Source: Blastocatellia bacterium (GTDB lineage: Bacteria; Acidobacteriota; Blastocatellia; HR10; J050). Taken from it: a stretch of DNA of 64,000 nucleotides. Each line of letters opens with the position of its first letter. Positions within the stretch are counted from its first letter, which is position 1. Location: NCBI GenBank assembly GCA_026985075.1, contig JALSQX010000005.1:21417-85416 (forward strand), given 5' to 3'. The position numbers were made by a program, and so were the translations under genes. Below are positions 29,018 to 38,789 of this stretch, piece after piece. The notes beneath the pieces were generated by a model that was not told where the DNA came from, searched no databases, and saw nothing but the letters and a program-made list of their open reading frames with translations.

Positions 29018-30217
29018 CTAGGCGTTGGCACCATTCCGAGAGCGGGCCAGTGCCCGTCGTATCCCGCGAACGGCTTGCCGAATGCGATGCTCATTTTCAA
29101 TGAGAGCAAATCGAACATAACCATCACCGTAATGTCCGAATCCGATGCCCGGCGAGACGGCGACCTTGGCTTCGCGTAGCAGGAACTTGGCGAAGTCCAG
29201 CGAGCCCATGGGGCGGAAAGGTGAGGGAATCTCCCCCCAGATGAACATAGTGGCGCGAGGTTTCTCAATCGACCAACCAATCCGCGCCAGGCCGTTGATC
29301 AGGACGTCGCGTCGCCGGCGATAAGTATCGCAGATCTCCTGGACGACGTGCTGTGGACCATTCAGGGCCTGGATGGCGGCGATTTGAATGGGCTGGAAGA
29401 TGCCGTAGTCTAAATAACTTTTCAGGCGGGCCAGCGCGGCGATCATCTCCGCATTTCCGACGCAAAAGCCCACTCGCCAGCCAGGCATATTATAGCTTTT
29501 CGAGAGGGAGAAGAATTCAACACCAACCTTCTTAGCCTCGGGAACTTGCATGAAGCTCGGCGCTTGATACCCGTCGAAGCAGATGTCGGCATAGGCCAAG
29601 TCATGAATGATCAGGATCTCGTGTTCTCGGGCAAAATCCACGATTCGCTGGAAGAACTGGAGATCGACGACTTCCGTAGTGGGATTGTGCGGGAAGCTCA
29701 AGATGAGGAGTTTCGGTTTGGGCCACGTTTGGCGAAACGCCTCTTCCAGATGGGCGAAGAAATCCTCGCCTGGGATGAGCGGTACGCTGCGTAGATCGCC
29801 ACCGGCGATGATCACCGAGTACTGATGAATCGGATAGGTGGGATCGGGGCACAACACGACATCGCCACGATCAATGATCCCCAGGACGAGGTGAGCGATG
29901 CCTTCCTTGGCGCCCATCGTCACAATAGCCTCGGACTCCGGATCGAGATCTACACCGTAGCGGCGACGATACCAGTCGGTGATGGCCAGGCGGAGCTTGT
30001 AAATCCCGCGGGAGACCGAATAGCGGTGATTCCGGGGATTGCCGACCGCCTCGATGAGCTTGTCCACGATGGGAGCGGGCGTCGGGCGATCGGGATTACC
30101 CATGCTCAAGTCGACGATGTCTTCACCGGCCCGGCGCGCGCGCATTTTCAGCTCGTTCATCACAGAGAAGACATACGGTGGCAACCGTTTGATGCGATTA
30201 AACTCCATATGACTCAT
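29018..30217 (-). CDS. PLP-dependent aminotransferase, class I/II (AlaA/AspC-like).
   Basis: LSMGNPD and [15 protein letters not shown] (Lys-PLP) motifs. Confidence 0.85.
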   Translation of the reverse strand: MSHMEFNRIKRLPPYVFSVMNELKMRARRAGEDIVDLSMGNPDRPTPAPIVDKLIEAVGNPRNHRYSVSRGIYKLRLAITDWYRRRYGVDLDPESEAIVTMGAKEGIAHLVLGIIDRGDVVLCPDPTYPIHQYSVIIAGGDLRSVPLIPGEDFFAHLEEAFRQTWPKPKLLILSFPHNPTTEVVDLQFFQRIVDFAREHEILIIHDLAYADICFDGYQAPSFMQVPEAKKVGVEFFSLSKSYNMPGWRVGFCVGNAEMIAALARLKSYLDYGIFQPIQIAAIQALNGPQHVVQEICDTYRRRRDVLINGLARIGWSIEKPRATMFIWGEIPSPFRPMGSLDFAKFLLREAKVAVSPGIGFGHYGDGYVRFALIENEHRIRQAVRGIRRALARSRNGANA

Positions 30218-30411
30218 CCTCAGTATTTCTCATTGCACGTATGAATATAACCCGAGCAGGAGGTGGGCACAACGTTTCTGAGGACCTCATCAACACTGCT
30301 CGCCAGGGGAACAGTAGGGCTGAATGGGCATCGGCGTTCCCTTGACTTCCCGTCAGTTCTGGCTCATAGTATGAGATTGATGGCTGGAATTTGAGAAGAT
30401 GAGGATTTCAT

Positions 30412-30666
30412 ATGTTTGGTTCGTTGGGCTGGCCCGAGTTGTTGTTCATTTTGATCATTGCTCTGATCATTTTTGGGCCGCGAAAACTCCCTCAATTGGG
30501 CCGCACGCTGGGAGAGAGCCTGGCTCAGTTCCGGCGGGCGTCAGAGGATTTCAAGCGCTCCTGGGAGGAAGAAATCATCCTGGAAGAGAAACGCATGCGC
30601 ACGGCCATACCAGACGAATCACCATCTGAATCGAAAGATGAGCGGTCAATCGCATCTGAGAACTGA
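30412..30666 (+). CDS. tatA: Twin-arginine translocase TatA/E.
   Basis: MFGSLGWPELLFILIIALIIFGPRKLPQLGR. Confidence 0.85.
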   Translation: MFGSLGWPELLFILIIALIIFGPRKLPQLGRTLGESLAQFRRASEDFKRSWEEEIILEEKRMRTAIPDESPSESKDERSIASEN

Positions 30667-31684
30667 GGTGGAGGAAGAGGCCCAAGACGAGTTGGCCGGG
30701 ACGGAAATGTCACTGCTGGAGCATTTGGAAGAACTGCGCCAGCGGCTCATTCGTTGTGCCCTCGCCGTCGGAATCCTCTTCGTCATGAGTTGGTTTTTTG
30801 CCGATCATCTTTTCGGGTTCATTCAAAAACCGGTCGTGGAGGCCTTGGCCAAGGCACAAAGTATGCAACTGGCGACCGTCGTCCGGCCACTCAGCGTGGA
30901 GTCGCTTCAGGAAGGCGATACGGTACAATACACCTTCCCAGTCGAGAGTACGCTGGGAGACATCCCCATTCCGGCTGGCGTGACCATACGCGGTCTGGTG
31001 CAGAAGAAGGGGGATAAGTTAGTCGTCGTCACAACAGAGAAACTGGTCGTTCGCGATGTCGTCATCCCCCCGGGGACGGTCCTCCCCATCGAGATCGAGG
31101 TGAACAGTCCGAGTGAACGATTGATCATCGACACGGTGCCCGGAGCATTTTATCTCTATATGCGCGTGGCCTTCTATGCGGCGATCGCCTTCGCGATGCC
31201 TTTTTTGCTTTACCAGTTATGGGCGTTCATTTCCCCTGGGCTTTATCGGCATGAGCGACGTTACATTGCTCCCTTCATCATCCTGGGGACGATTTTCTTC
31301 GTCTTGGGCGCGGCATTTGGATACTACGTCGCGTTCCCCCGCGCCGCCCTTTGGTTGCTCCAGTTTGCTCATGGCTTTCGACCCCTGATCAAAGCCAATG
31401 AATACTTCGACCTCATCATCGTCATCATGCTGGGATTGGGATTGGTCTTCCAGATCCCGACCGTCACGCTGTTCTTGGCTCGCATGGGAGTGGTCACGCC
31501 GAAGAAGATGATTCAGCCGTGGCGCTACGTGATCGTGGGCATTACTGTTCTGGCGGCGGTCATTTCACCCACGGGCGATATCCCCAACCTTCTGGTTTTC
31601 GCTCTGCCTATGCTGATCTTATATGTTCTGAGCATAGGCATCGCTTGGGCTTTCGGAAGACCGCGAGACGGAGAGGCCAGATGA
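30638..31684 (+). CDS. tatC: Twin-arginine translocase TatC, with an enlarged first periplasmic loop.
   Basis: LLEHLEELRQRLIRCALAV... TatC signature. About 125 aa lie between TM1 and TM2. The start at 30638 overlaps the tatA 3' end. Confidence 0.85.
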   Translation: MSGQSHLRTEVEEEAQDELAGTEMSLLEHLEELRQRLIRCALAVGILFVMSWFFADHLFGFIQKPVVEALAKAQSMQLATVVRPLSVESLQEGDTVQYTFPVESTLGDIPIPAGVTIRGLVQKKGDKLVVVTTEKLVVRDVVIPPGTVLPIEIEVNSPSERLIIDTVPGAFYLYMRVAFYAAIAFAMPFLLYQLWAFISPGLYRHERRYIAPFIILGTIFFVLGAAFGYYVAFPRAALWLLQFAHGFRPLIKANEYFDLIIVIMLGLGLVFQIPTVTLFLARMGVVTPKKMIQPWRYVIVGITVLAAVISPTGDIPNLLVFALPMLILYVLSIGIAWAFGRPRDGEAR

Positions 31685-31735
31685 CCAGAGGAGCGGGCCG
31701 CACCCCGGTAGAGAGAGGTGTGGGGGTGAGTCAGG

Positions 31736-31764
31736 TTGACCGGATATTCCCCAACCATTATACT
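31736..31764 (+). promoter_or_regulatory. Sigma70-like promoter TTGACC-N17-TATACT upstream of the GWxTD gene.
   Basis: Seen directly in the sequence. About 25-40 nt before the ORF. Confidence 0.45.
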
Positions 31765-31787
31765 TTGAAACCGTAGAGTGAATTTTC

Positions 31788-33512
31788 GTGCGAGGGAGTG
31801 AGGCTATGGTGAGCATGGGCAAAAGGTGTGGATTCCTCTCCGTCATCGCTCTCTTGATCATGGCTCTGTTGACCCCCGTCTCTGGATGGACGCCGACGTC
31901 TCCCAAGGACGGGCACAAACAGAAGCAGAAGGCACAGAGCAAGCGGGAGAAGCGGCGCGCCAAGAAGCGGCGGCGCGAATTGAGCGAGGTCTACAAGCGC
32001 TGGCTGGAGGAAGACGTCCGGTGGATCATCACTGAGGAGGAGCGAAAGGCGTTCAAGAAGCTAGAGACCGACGAGGAACGCGAGCAGTTCATCGAGCAGT
32101 TCTGGCTCCGGCGCGATCCCAATCCCGATACCCTGGAAAATGAGTACCGTGAGGAATATTATCGACGCATCGCCTATGCGAACCAGCATTTCTCCTCCGG
32201 CATTCCCGGTTGGAAGACCGATCGGGGTCGGATTTACATCATGTTCGGTCCTCCCGATAGTATCGAAAGTCATCCGGCCGGCGGGAGTTATGATCGGCCG
32301 TTCTGGGAGGGTGGCGGGACGACGAGTACCTATCCGTTCGAGATCTGGTTTTATCGCTATATTCCCGGCGTGGGGAGCGGGATCGAGATCGAGTTCGTCG
32401 ATCCCACCATGTCGGGAGAATACCGCATTGCTCGCAGTCCTGATGAAAAAGATGCGCTGTTGTTCGTTCCCAATGCTGGATTGACGTTAGCCGAACAGTT
32501 GGGACTGGCTAGCAAAGCCGACCGTCCCTTCTTCTCCCCGGGCAACCGCGAGCGCTATCCACTGATGCATCAACGGGTCCAGGACATGCCCTTTGAGCGG
32601 CTCGAATTGTTGGCCAAACTCCAACGACCGCCTCAGGTGAAATTCCGCGATCTGGCTACTATTGCCGATGCCGAGTTAACGGTGGAATTCGATGTCCTGC
32701 CGTTTCAATTGCGGACCGACTACTTGCGCATCATGGATAACTCTATCCTCACCGTGTTCACCATTCTCATCGAGAACCAGGATTTGGCGTTCAAAAATGT
32801 CGGAGGTATTTTGGAAGCCAAGGTCAACATTCATGCCCGCATTCGGCCGGTCACGGGACGTCGACCCTACCTGTTTGAGGATGTGGTCACTCAGAAATAT
32901 ACCGATGATGTCTTCGACATCGGTGTGCGACAGAAGTCCATCTACCAGCACAAGATCACCCTTCCGCCGGGAAACTATGTTGTTGATCTGGTGTTGCGCG
33001 ATGTCAACAGCGGTCGCACGGGCGTCGTTCATCATGGGATCGAGGTGCCACGATATGCCGAAGGACAGCTCTCTACGAGTTCCCTCATCCTGGCCGATAA
33101 GATTGAGCCTCTTCATGGGCGGCTGGCGGCGGGACCGTTCGTGTTGGGGAACCTGAAGGTGCGCCCGAGTGTGAACTCCCGGTTCAAACAGGGACGACCG
33201 GTGGGGGTCTACATGGAAGTGTATAATCCGGGTATTGACCAGACGACGCTCAGGCCGGCCGTGGATATCGAGTACATCATCTCTCGCGACGGCCAGGAAG
33301 TCATGCGGGTGAAGGAGGATGGTCAGAGTGGATTGTCTCGCTTTACAACGCAGGAGATCACACTCGCCCGGTTGCTCCCGGTCGATACACTTGATCCCGG
33401 AACCTACACTCTGGAGGTTCGCATCACCGATCATGTGAAACAGACGACGGTGGCTCCCAAGACACAATTCACTATTTTCGCCCCCTCAGAGGAGGCACTT
33501 GCCGGGCAATAG
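31788..33512 (+). CDS. GWxTD domain-containing secreted protein.
   Basis: Signal peptide. [19 protein letters not shown] matches the GWxTD motif. The family is found in PEP-CTERM/exosortase contexts. Confidence 0.8.
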   Translation: MRGSEAMVSMGKRCGFLSVIALLIMALLTPVSGWTPTSPKDGHKQKQKAQSKREKRRAKKRRRELSEVYKRWLEEDVRWIITEEERKAFKKLETDEEREQFIEQFWLRRDPNPDTLENEYREEYYRRIAYANQHFSSGIPGWKTDRGRIYIMFGPPDSIESHPAGGSYDRPFWEGGGTTSTYPFEIWFYRYIPGVGSGIEIEFVDPTMSGEYRIARSPDEKDALLFVPNAGLTLAEQLGLASKADRPFFSPGNRERYPLMHQRVQDMPFERLELLAKLQRPPQVKFRDLATIADAELTVEFDVLPFQLRTDYLRIMDNSILTVFTILIENQDLAFKNVGGILEAKVNIHARIRPVTGRRPYLFEDVVTQKYTDDVFDIGVRQKSIYQHKITLPPGNYVVDLVLRDVNSGRTGVVHHGIEVPRYAEGQLSTSSLILADKIEPLHGRLAAGPFVLGNLKVRPSVNSRFKQGRPVGVYMEVYNPGIDQTTLRPAVDIEYIISRDGQEVMRVKEDGQSGLSRFTTQEITLARLLPVDTLDPGTYTLEVRITDHVKQTTVAPKTQFTIFAPSEEALAGQ

Positions 33513-33613
33513 CTGCCCGAGTGGGTTCCTGGGAATGAGCGAATGAAGGCTTGAGGGGCCTCTTGGAGCGCCGACGAAGGGGCGAACCGCCCGCGAGAGG
33601 GCGCTCTGGTGCG

Positions 33614-34336
33614 TCAGTCGAAGAAAACGAGTTGATGCTCGAATGCCTCTCTCAAGTGGTCTACTTCAATATCCCCTCGCTTCTGCTCCAGTATTTGGAA
33701 TACGGCAGAAACGAAAGTGGCGAATTGAATCACCGCCTGACGGATGTCCAGATACCAGTACATCCCTTCGCGTAAGGCCTGAAGCTTCCATCCTGCCGGG
33801 AGCTTCTTTGCCGCCTGGTCCAAAATAGACGCCGTCGCGTTCAACCCCAAGGCGATCTCCAGTCGGGCGCGGATGATGCCATCAAAAGCGCCGGTTAACA
33901 TCCGGAGTAGCTCCTGTGAGGTTTTCATCGCCAGTTGTACGTCAACCCCATCTGCCTCATGGGCCTGTTGGGTGAGTAAGGCCTTCACGACATTCACCAG
34001 CTTCGTGAGCGTCAGCTCTTTGGCAATGAACATGTCAGCTCCCGCCTGAAATCCGCGCAAGATGTCAATGACGCGGGTCCGCCCCGTGAATAATATAACC
34101 GGAAGCTGATGGGTTGCCGCGCTCCGTTTCAGTTGCTCGCAGATCTGAATGCCATCAATATCAGGGAGGAGCAAGTCAAGAATGATCAAATCCGGCCGCT
34201 GCTCGGACGCCAGTGCGAGACCATCGGCTCCCTGTGTGGTGGTGAGAATATCATAACCGAGGCGCCGGAAGACCCGGGAGAGAGTCTGGCATTGGACCGG
34301 CGAGTTATCGATGATGAGTAGTTTCTGAGAGTTCAT
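33614..34336 (-). CDS. Response regulator: REC domain plus a C-terminal domain of unknown function.
   Basis: LLIIDNS...DLIILDLLLPDIDG receiver motifs (D, D, K). Confidence 0.8.
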   Translation of the reverse strand: MNSQKLLIIDNSPVQCQTLSRVFRRLGYDILTTTQGADGLALASEQRPDLIILDLLLPDIDGIQICEQLKRSAATHQLPVILFTGRTRVIDILRGFQAGADMFIAKELTLTKLVNVVKALLTQQAHEADGVDVQLAMKTSQELLRMLTGAFDGIIRARLEIALGLNATASILDQAAKKLPAGWKLQALREGMYWYLDIRQAVIQFATFVSAVFQILEQKRGDIEVDHLREAFEHQLVFFD

Positions 34337-34728
34337 ACGGAACGTCCTGGTCTGCGCATGGCGTCTAATTCAAAAAACACGATAACATCCGCCACGCCGG
34401 GCATCCAGCCACATCTCCGCGACTTCCGGCGAAGCTCATGTGATTGATAGCAAGCACCGTGCCGCGAGGATGTGCCCGAGGTTCTTCAGACAAGCCCCAT
34501 CAAAGCAATGGGTTATATGTCTTGGGGATGAATGGTGAGGGATGGCGACGAGGAGATATTTCACCGGCGAAACGCCTCCTTTTCACCAGTGATACATCCG
34601 GTGACCCCACGCAAAGTCCAGGCGTGACGGTGACATCGCATGGCCCTTCCCAGCAACGTCACCGCTCGTCCCTCGTTGGCCGATTCAGCGTTCGGCAACA
34701 ACGGCCGTTCGACCCGCCATCGTTCAGT

Positions 34729-35094
34729 TCAATAGAGCCGTGCCGGTCCCCCTGAGATGATGAAGAGGAGGAGCTGAAAGGCAGTCCCCGGTACCGTGAG
34801 GGGAACGGGGGTGAAGAGTGGCCAGGAGTTCTGGGTAGAGGAGAACGTCCCGCCGAATCGGAAAACGGGTCCAAAACGCGAAGGGAACCCCTTGCTCCTC
34901 GGACCGCTCACCATGCCAATACCCGGTGATGTGGGTTTGCCCGCGTGACTCTCCCGGCCCGTGGTGGAGATCGTGCCCGGTTTGTCCGGCCGGCCAGCAT
35001 GGCTCTCGCGAGCGGGGACGAGCCTGGTTGGAACGAGTAGAGTTGATGCAAGGAGCACGAAGATGAGTAGCCGTTTCATGATGTTCCTCCTCAC
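34729..35094 (-). CDS. Small secreted Pro/Gly-rich protein.
   Basis: Signal peptide MKRLLIFVLLASTLLVP. Internal duplicated RESHAG(R/K)P unit. Confidence 0.4.
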   Translation of the reverse strand: MRRNIMKRLLIFVLLASTLLVPTRLVPARESHAGRPDKPGTISTTGRESHAGKPTSPGIGMVSGPRSKGFPSRFGPVFRFGGTFSSTQNSWPLFTPVPLTVPGTAFQLLLFIISGGPARLY

Positions 35095-35174
35095 TATGCG
35101 GTGTTCCGGGCTCGCTACGTTAGATGACCTTGACGGCGAGACGTTGCTCCACAGTGGCCGTGTTGTCGGGAGAA

Positions 35175-36626
35175 TTACACATTATACTTCCTTCTCAACA
35201 TCGTGACATAGGCTTTCGTGACGCCCAATAGTTTGGCCGCTTTCACCTGACTCCCTCCCGCGCGATTGAGCGCTTCGGCGAGGAGGAATTTCCCCAACGC
35301 TTCGTGAGCTTCGCGCCACGTGGGGAGGAAACTACTCCTGATCATGAATACGCCTCCAGAGACCTTTATCTTCTCCGCATCGAGCAGCTTCTCGACCCGC
35401 TCCATTTGTGCCTTGAGGTGCGCATCGCTGTAATGCTCCATCAGCCCTTGAGCGCGTTCAAAGTATTCATAAGCGCGCGTCCCGTCACCCTTACGGGCAT
35501 GGATCTCGGCCAGATAGATACAGCTTTCGCACTCGAGCATCTTGCTGTTGAGTTGAATGGCGAGGCGGAGAGCTTGATCAAGCTTCTCCTGAGCTTCATT
35601 GACTGCCCCTTGTGCGGCTAAAACTCGTCCCAGGGTGATGAGGGCAAACGCCTTCTCGGGGGGACTCTTGGCTAGATCGGCCAGTTCGATAGCTGACTGG
35701 AGCACTCGCCGCGCTTCATCCAGATGCCCTCGCTCCAGGTGGAGGATTCCCATCAATTCCAGCGTGACCGATTCGCCGGCAATATCGTTGGCCCGGCGGC
35801 GGAGTTCTAAACTCTCGTGCAACAGTTCCTCGGCTTTGTCCAGATGACCGAGCTGAATCTCCACATAAGCAAGATTGTTGGTCGCATGAGCCAGATCATC
35901 GAACGAAGCGCTCTCGGAGAAGTAGGTTATGGCTTCTTGGTAACACTGGGCGGCCCGCTCGTATTCCCCTTTCGCTCTGAGGAGCATCCCGTAGCTGTTC
36001 AGCACGAAGCCATAATATCGCCCATTCTCTGTTCGCTTGAGCAATCGCATCGCCTCTTCATACAGTGACTCTGCTCGCTCCAATTCTCCTAACTGGTGGT
36101 GTACGACTCCGAGGTTGAACCGGATAGTGCCAGTCAAAAAGTCCGTCTCCTCGACCTGCGCCTGATGTTGAGCGATGTCGAGAGCTTCTTCAAGGTGCCC
36201 TCTCGCCCGTTCATAATGGCCTTGTCGACGGTAAAGGCGACCAAGAAGACAAAGCGCGCGGGCTTGACCAAAGGCATCTCGCCGGATTCGGTAGATGCCG
36301 AGTACGTTGTGGAGATGCTTTTCGGCCGCCTCATACTCTCCTCGCCAGTAAAGCCATTCGGCTCTGGCCATCTCGAACTCGGCGACATCCCTCAGATTCG
36401 ATTCATCCTCTATGGCTGCCTCGAATGGTTCCAGGACCTCGGCCGCTTCATCCAACCGTCCCTGATAGATCAAAAGTTGTGCGCGCACCGCGGCCGTTCT
36501 CAAATCCTCGGTTTCGGGGAGGGCTTCTATGACTTCAGCCGCTCTCTTGAAGTCGCCCCGGTGAATTAATCCCTCTGCCCGGACGACCTTTTCCCTCCAT
36601 TGCGTTCGCGCCATATGTTGCTCCAT
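35175..36626 (-). CDS. TPR-repeat protein with a C-terminal Fis-type HTH.
   Basis: Multiple TPR units. C-terminal ...SQVKAAKLLGVTKAYVTMLRRKYNV matches the HTH_8 pattern. Confidence 0.75.
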   Translation of the reverse strand: MEQHMARTQWREKVVRAEGLIHRGDFKRAAEVIEALPETEDLRTAAVRAQLLIYQGRLDEAAEVLEPFEAAIEDESNLRDVAEFEMARAEWLYWRGEYEAAEKHLHNVLGIYRIRRDAFGQARALCLLGRLYRRQGHYERARGHLEEALDIAQHQAQVEETDFLTGTIRFNLGVVHHQLGELERAESLYEEAMRLLKRTENGRYYGFVLNSYGMLLRAKGEYERAAQCYQEAITYFSESASFDDLAHATNNLAYVEIQLGHLDKAEELLHESLELRRRANDIAGESVTLELMGILHLERGHLDEARRVLQSAIELADLAKSPPEKAFALITLGRVLAAQGAVNEAQEKLDQALRLAIQLNSKMLECESCIYLAEIHARKGDGTRAYEYFERAQGLMEHYSDAHLKAQMERVEKLLDAEKIKVSGGVFMIRSSFLPTWREAHEALGKFLLAEALNRAGGSQVKAAKLLGVTKAYVTMLRRKYNV

Positions 36627-36639
36627 GAGTTCAATGATT

Positions 36640-36790
36640 TACATAAAATCTCGGTGAAAGATTTTATACAATAACTTTTCGAATGTCAATAGATTTTATC
36701 ACAAAAATTTTGGTATATAATTATTACCTCGGCTATTGACATTTTAGTTAATGATCATATACAATACGCACGTATGCCAAAATAAACCAT
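36640..36790. promoter_or_regulatory. AT-rich (about 25% GC) divergent promoter island.
   Basis: Plus strand: TTGACA(36736-41)-N18-TACAAT(36760-65), then AGGAG. Minus strand: TTGACA-N15/16-TATAAA facing the TPR-HTH gene. Confidence 0.55.
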
Positions 36791-36806
36791 GAAAGGAGAA
36801 ACGGAC

Positions 36807-36917
36807 CATGAAGAGAACTCACCGACAACGGGGACAGGCTGATCCGAGTGGCTTGCTGTTGCCGATATTGCTGGCCTTGCTGGCGTTATTGGGTGGAGCG
36901 TGTCCGCCGGTTCAGTG
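36807..36917 (+). CDS. 36-aa small ORF with a signal/lipoprotein-like peptide: MKRTHRQRGQADPSGLLLPILLALLALLGGACPPVQ.
   Basis: AGGAG sits 9 nt upstream. Downstream of the sigma70-like promoter. Below the ORF-track length cutoff. Could be a remnant. Confidence 0.25.
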
Positions 36918-37028
36918 AATGGTCGTCCGAGGGCGCCACGACCGACCTTTCGGCTCTTGGTAGCGACTCACTCTGTGAGAAGGCGGGGAGGTTGGTCGCC
37001 GGCCGCTCTTTCTTCAAGGGAAGGGCTC

Positions 37029-37063
37029 GCGCTTGGAGGGGGATGCCCACACTGAGCTGGAAC
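37029..37063 (+). promoter_or_regulatory. Perfect 10-bp stem hairpin (GGGGATGCCC-N15-GGGCATCCCC), 42 nt upstream of the ECF sigma ATG.
   Basis: Seen directly in the sequence. No U-tract follows. Confidence 0.4.
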
Positions 37064-37104
37064 GGGCATCCCCAGCCCAAGCGATGCAGTGATGAGGGAC
37101 GAAT

Positions 37105-37698
37105 ATGGCCACGACGCCGTCTGCGTTGAACATGGACACTCAACTGGCTCGAGCTTCTGCCGCGGGAGATCACCATGCTTTTGAAACGCTGTACCATCGG
37201 CATCATCAACGAGTCTATAGCCTCTGTCTCCGAATGCTACAGAATCCCGAGGAGGCTGAAGACCTCACCCAGGATGTGTTTCTCCATGTCTATCGAAGGA
37301 TTGGCACATTTCGTGGCACTTCGGCTTTCACCACCTGGCTTCATCGACTCACCATCAATACGATACTAATGTACATGCGGCGGCGGCAACGATGGCGCGC
37401 TGAGCTGTCGCTCGACGCTGGCGACCTTGGCGCGCTCGGAGAGAAAAATGCGCCTTGGCCGGGACGCGAGCTCCGGATAGAACCGATCGATTTGGAACGA
37501 GCCATCAATCGGTTACCCGTCGGCTATCGAGTGGTATTTGTGTTACATGACATAGAAGGCTACGAGCATGCTGAGATCAGCCGATTACTGGGCGTCAAGA
37601 TCGGGACGAGCAAGTCTCAGTTGCACAAGGCGCGATTACAGCTCCGACGAATGTTGACATACAAGGTGGGGGATGATCCAGGCCGGAGTACATCATAG
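37105..37698 (+). CDS. ECF (sigma-70 family) RNA polymerase sigma factor.
   Basis: Regions 2 and 4 present: DLTQDVFLHVY, and VFVLHDIEGYEHAEISRLLGVKIGTSKSQL. Confidence 0.85.
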   Translation: MATTPSALNMDTQLARASAAGDHHAFETLYHRHHQRVYSLCLRMLQNPEEAEDLTQDVFLHVYRRIGTFRGTSAFTTWLHRLTINTILMYMRRRQRWRAELSLDAGDLGALGEKNAPWPGRELRIEPIDLERAINRLPVGYRVVFVLHDIEGYEHAEISRLLGVKIGTSKSQLHKARLQLRRMLTYKVGDDPGRSTS

Positions 37699-38787
37699 AG
37701 CGATGCTCTTTGACGCCTCCTCCTGGTGGGGGCAGCAAGGACCGGGGGGAATGGCCTTACCGTGGGGGCAGAACCGAGGGTGGCCGAGAAATGTGCAGAT
37801 GCGATTGGTTGCCTCCGGACTCAAGATGTGTTCGAAGACGCAGGCTTCCACTTCCGCCTGGTAGTTGGACATACTGAGCGTTTGGGAGAACAGGAGTTCG
37901 GCCAGCCGGTGTCGTCGAATCAGGGCGCGCGCCCGGGCCTCACCTTCCGGGGTGAATGTGAGGCGGTGGTCGCGCAGAGCGATGAGCCGGTTCAGTCGGC
38001 CGGACAGCAGGTACGATTCACCGCGTCGGCCGCAAACTCGTCGAAGACCTTCCAGAGTCAATTGATCGGTCTCTTTTAATATCCACAGTTGTTTCATCAT
38101 CTCGTCGATTGTTTCCTCTACTCTCTCAGAGGTGGGATCGAATCCGGCAATGCGCCCATGCTCTAATTGGATCTGGCGATCGGCTCGCCGCCCTATTTGA
38201 ACGTCATGCGTCACGATGACGATGGTGTGCCCCTCTCGATGCAGTTGAGTGAACAGGTCCATCACGAGGCGTTCATTCTCGGCGTCCAGATTCCCCGTCG
38301 GTTCATCGGCCAATAGCAGAGGAGGCTGGTTGATCAACGCGCGAGCGATGCACACGCGTTGCTGTTCGCCGCCGGAGAGTTCCGATGGGAGATGATGCCA
38401 TCGATCGCCCAAGCCGACTCGCTGGAGCGCCTCCAGCGCTTCCGCTTCATCGACCATGCTGTGGTAATATTGCGCCAGCATGACGTTTTCCACGGCGGTG
38501 AGATAGGGGATGAGGTGGAATTGTTGAAAGATGAGGCCGATGTACTCGCGGCGGAATTCGGTCAACGCGGCGCTATCCAGTTGGGTGAGATCGTGGCCAT
38601 CGATGATGACGCGACCCTCGTCTGGCGTATCCAGGCCGCCGAGCAGATTCAGAAGCGTGGTCTTCCCGGAACCCGATGGCCCCATGATCGAGACCCACTC
38701 GCCACGTTCAATGGTCAAGCTGACGCGATCCAAGGCGCGAACCGAGCCATATTGTTTCGTGACCTCCTCCAACGTAACGAACGACAT
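37693..38787 (-). CDS. ABC transporter ATP-binding protein (MacB/LolD type) fused to a C-terminal DtxR-family metal-dependent regulator domain.
   Basis: Walker [10 protein letters not shown], signature [15 protein letters not shown], Walker [13 protein letters not shown]. Then a DtxR-like module, [10 protein letters not shown]...[10 protein letters not shown]...[10 protein letters not shown], with conserved Cys/Glu/His metal ligands. Confidence 0.85.
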   Translation of the reverse strand: MSFVTLEEVTKQYGSVRALDRVSLTIERGEWVSIMGPSGSGKTTLLNLLGGLDTPDEGRVIIDGHDLTQLDSAALTEFRREYIGLIFQQFHLIPYLTAVENVMLAQYYHSMVDEAEALEALQRVGLGDRWHHLPSELSGGEQQRVCIARALINQPPLLLADEPTGNLDAENERLVMDLFTQLHREGHTIVIVTHDVQIGRRADRQIQLEHGRIAGFDPTSERVEETIDEMMKQLWILKETDQLTLEGLRRVCGRRGESYLLSGRLNRLIALRDHRLTFTPEGEARARALIRRHRLAELLFSQTLSMSNYQAEVEACVFEHILSPEATNRICTFLGHPRFCPHGKAIPPGPCCPHQEEASKSIAL

Positions 38788-38789
38788 GG

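Noticed and set aside
34444-34755. 103-aa plus-strand ORF in the RR / small-protein intergenic region.
   Set aside because: No SD, no motifs, and it overlaps the 3' end of the minus-strand small-protein gene. Probably non-coding.
34729-35094. PEP-CTERM sorting signal at the C-terminus of the small secreted protein (…VPGTAFQLLLFIISGGPARLY).
   Set aside because: No PEP motif. The hydrophobic stretch is too short and there is no Arg/Lys cluster. This is resemblance only.
37049-37080. ECF-type autoregulated promoter (GGAAC ... CGT) upstream of the ECF sigma gene.
   Set aside because: GGAAC is present in the hairpin loop, but no CGT(C/A)-type -10 lies at the right spacing.
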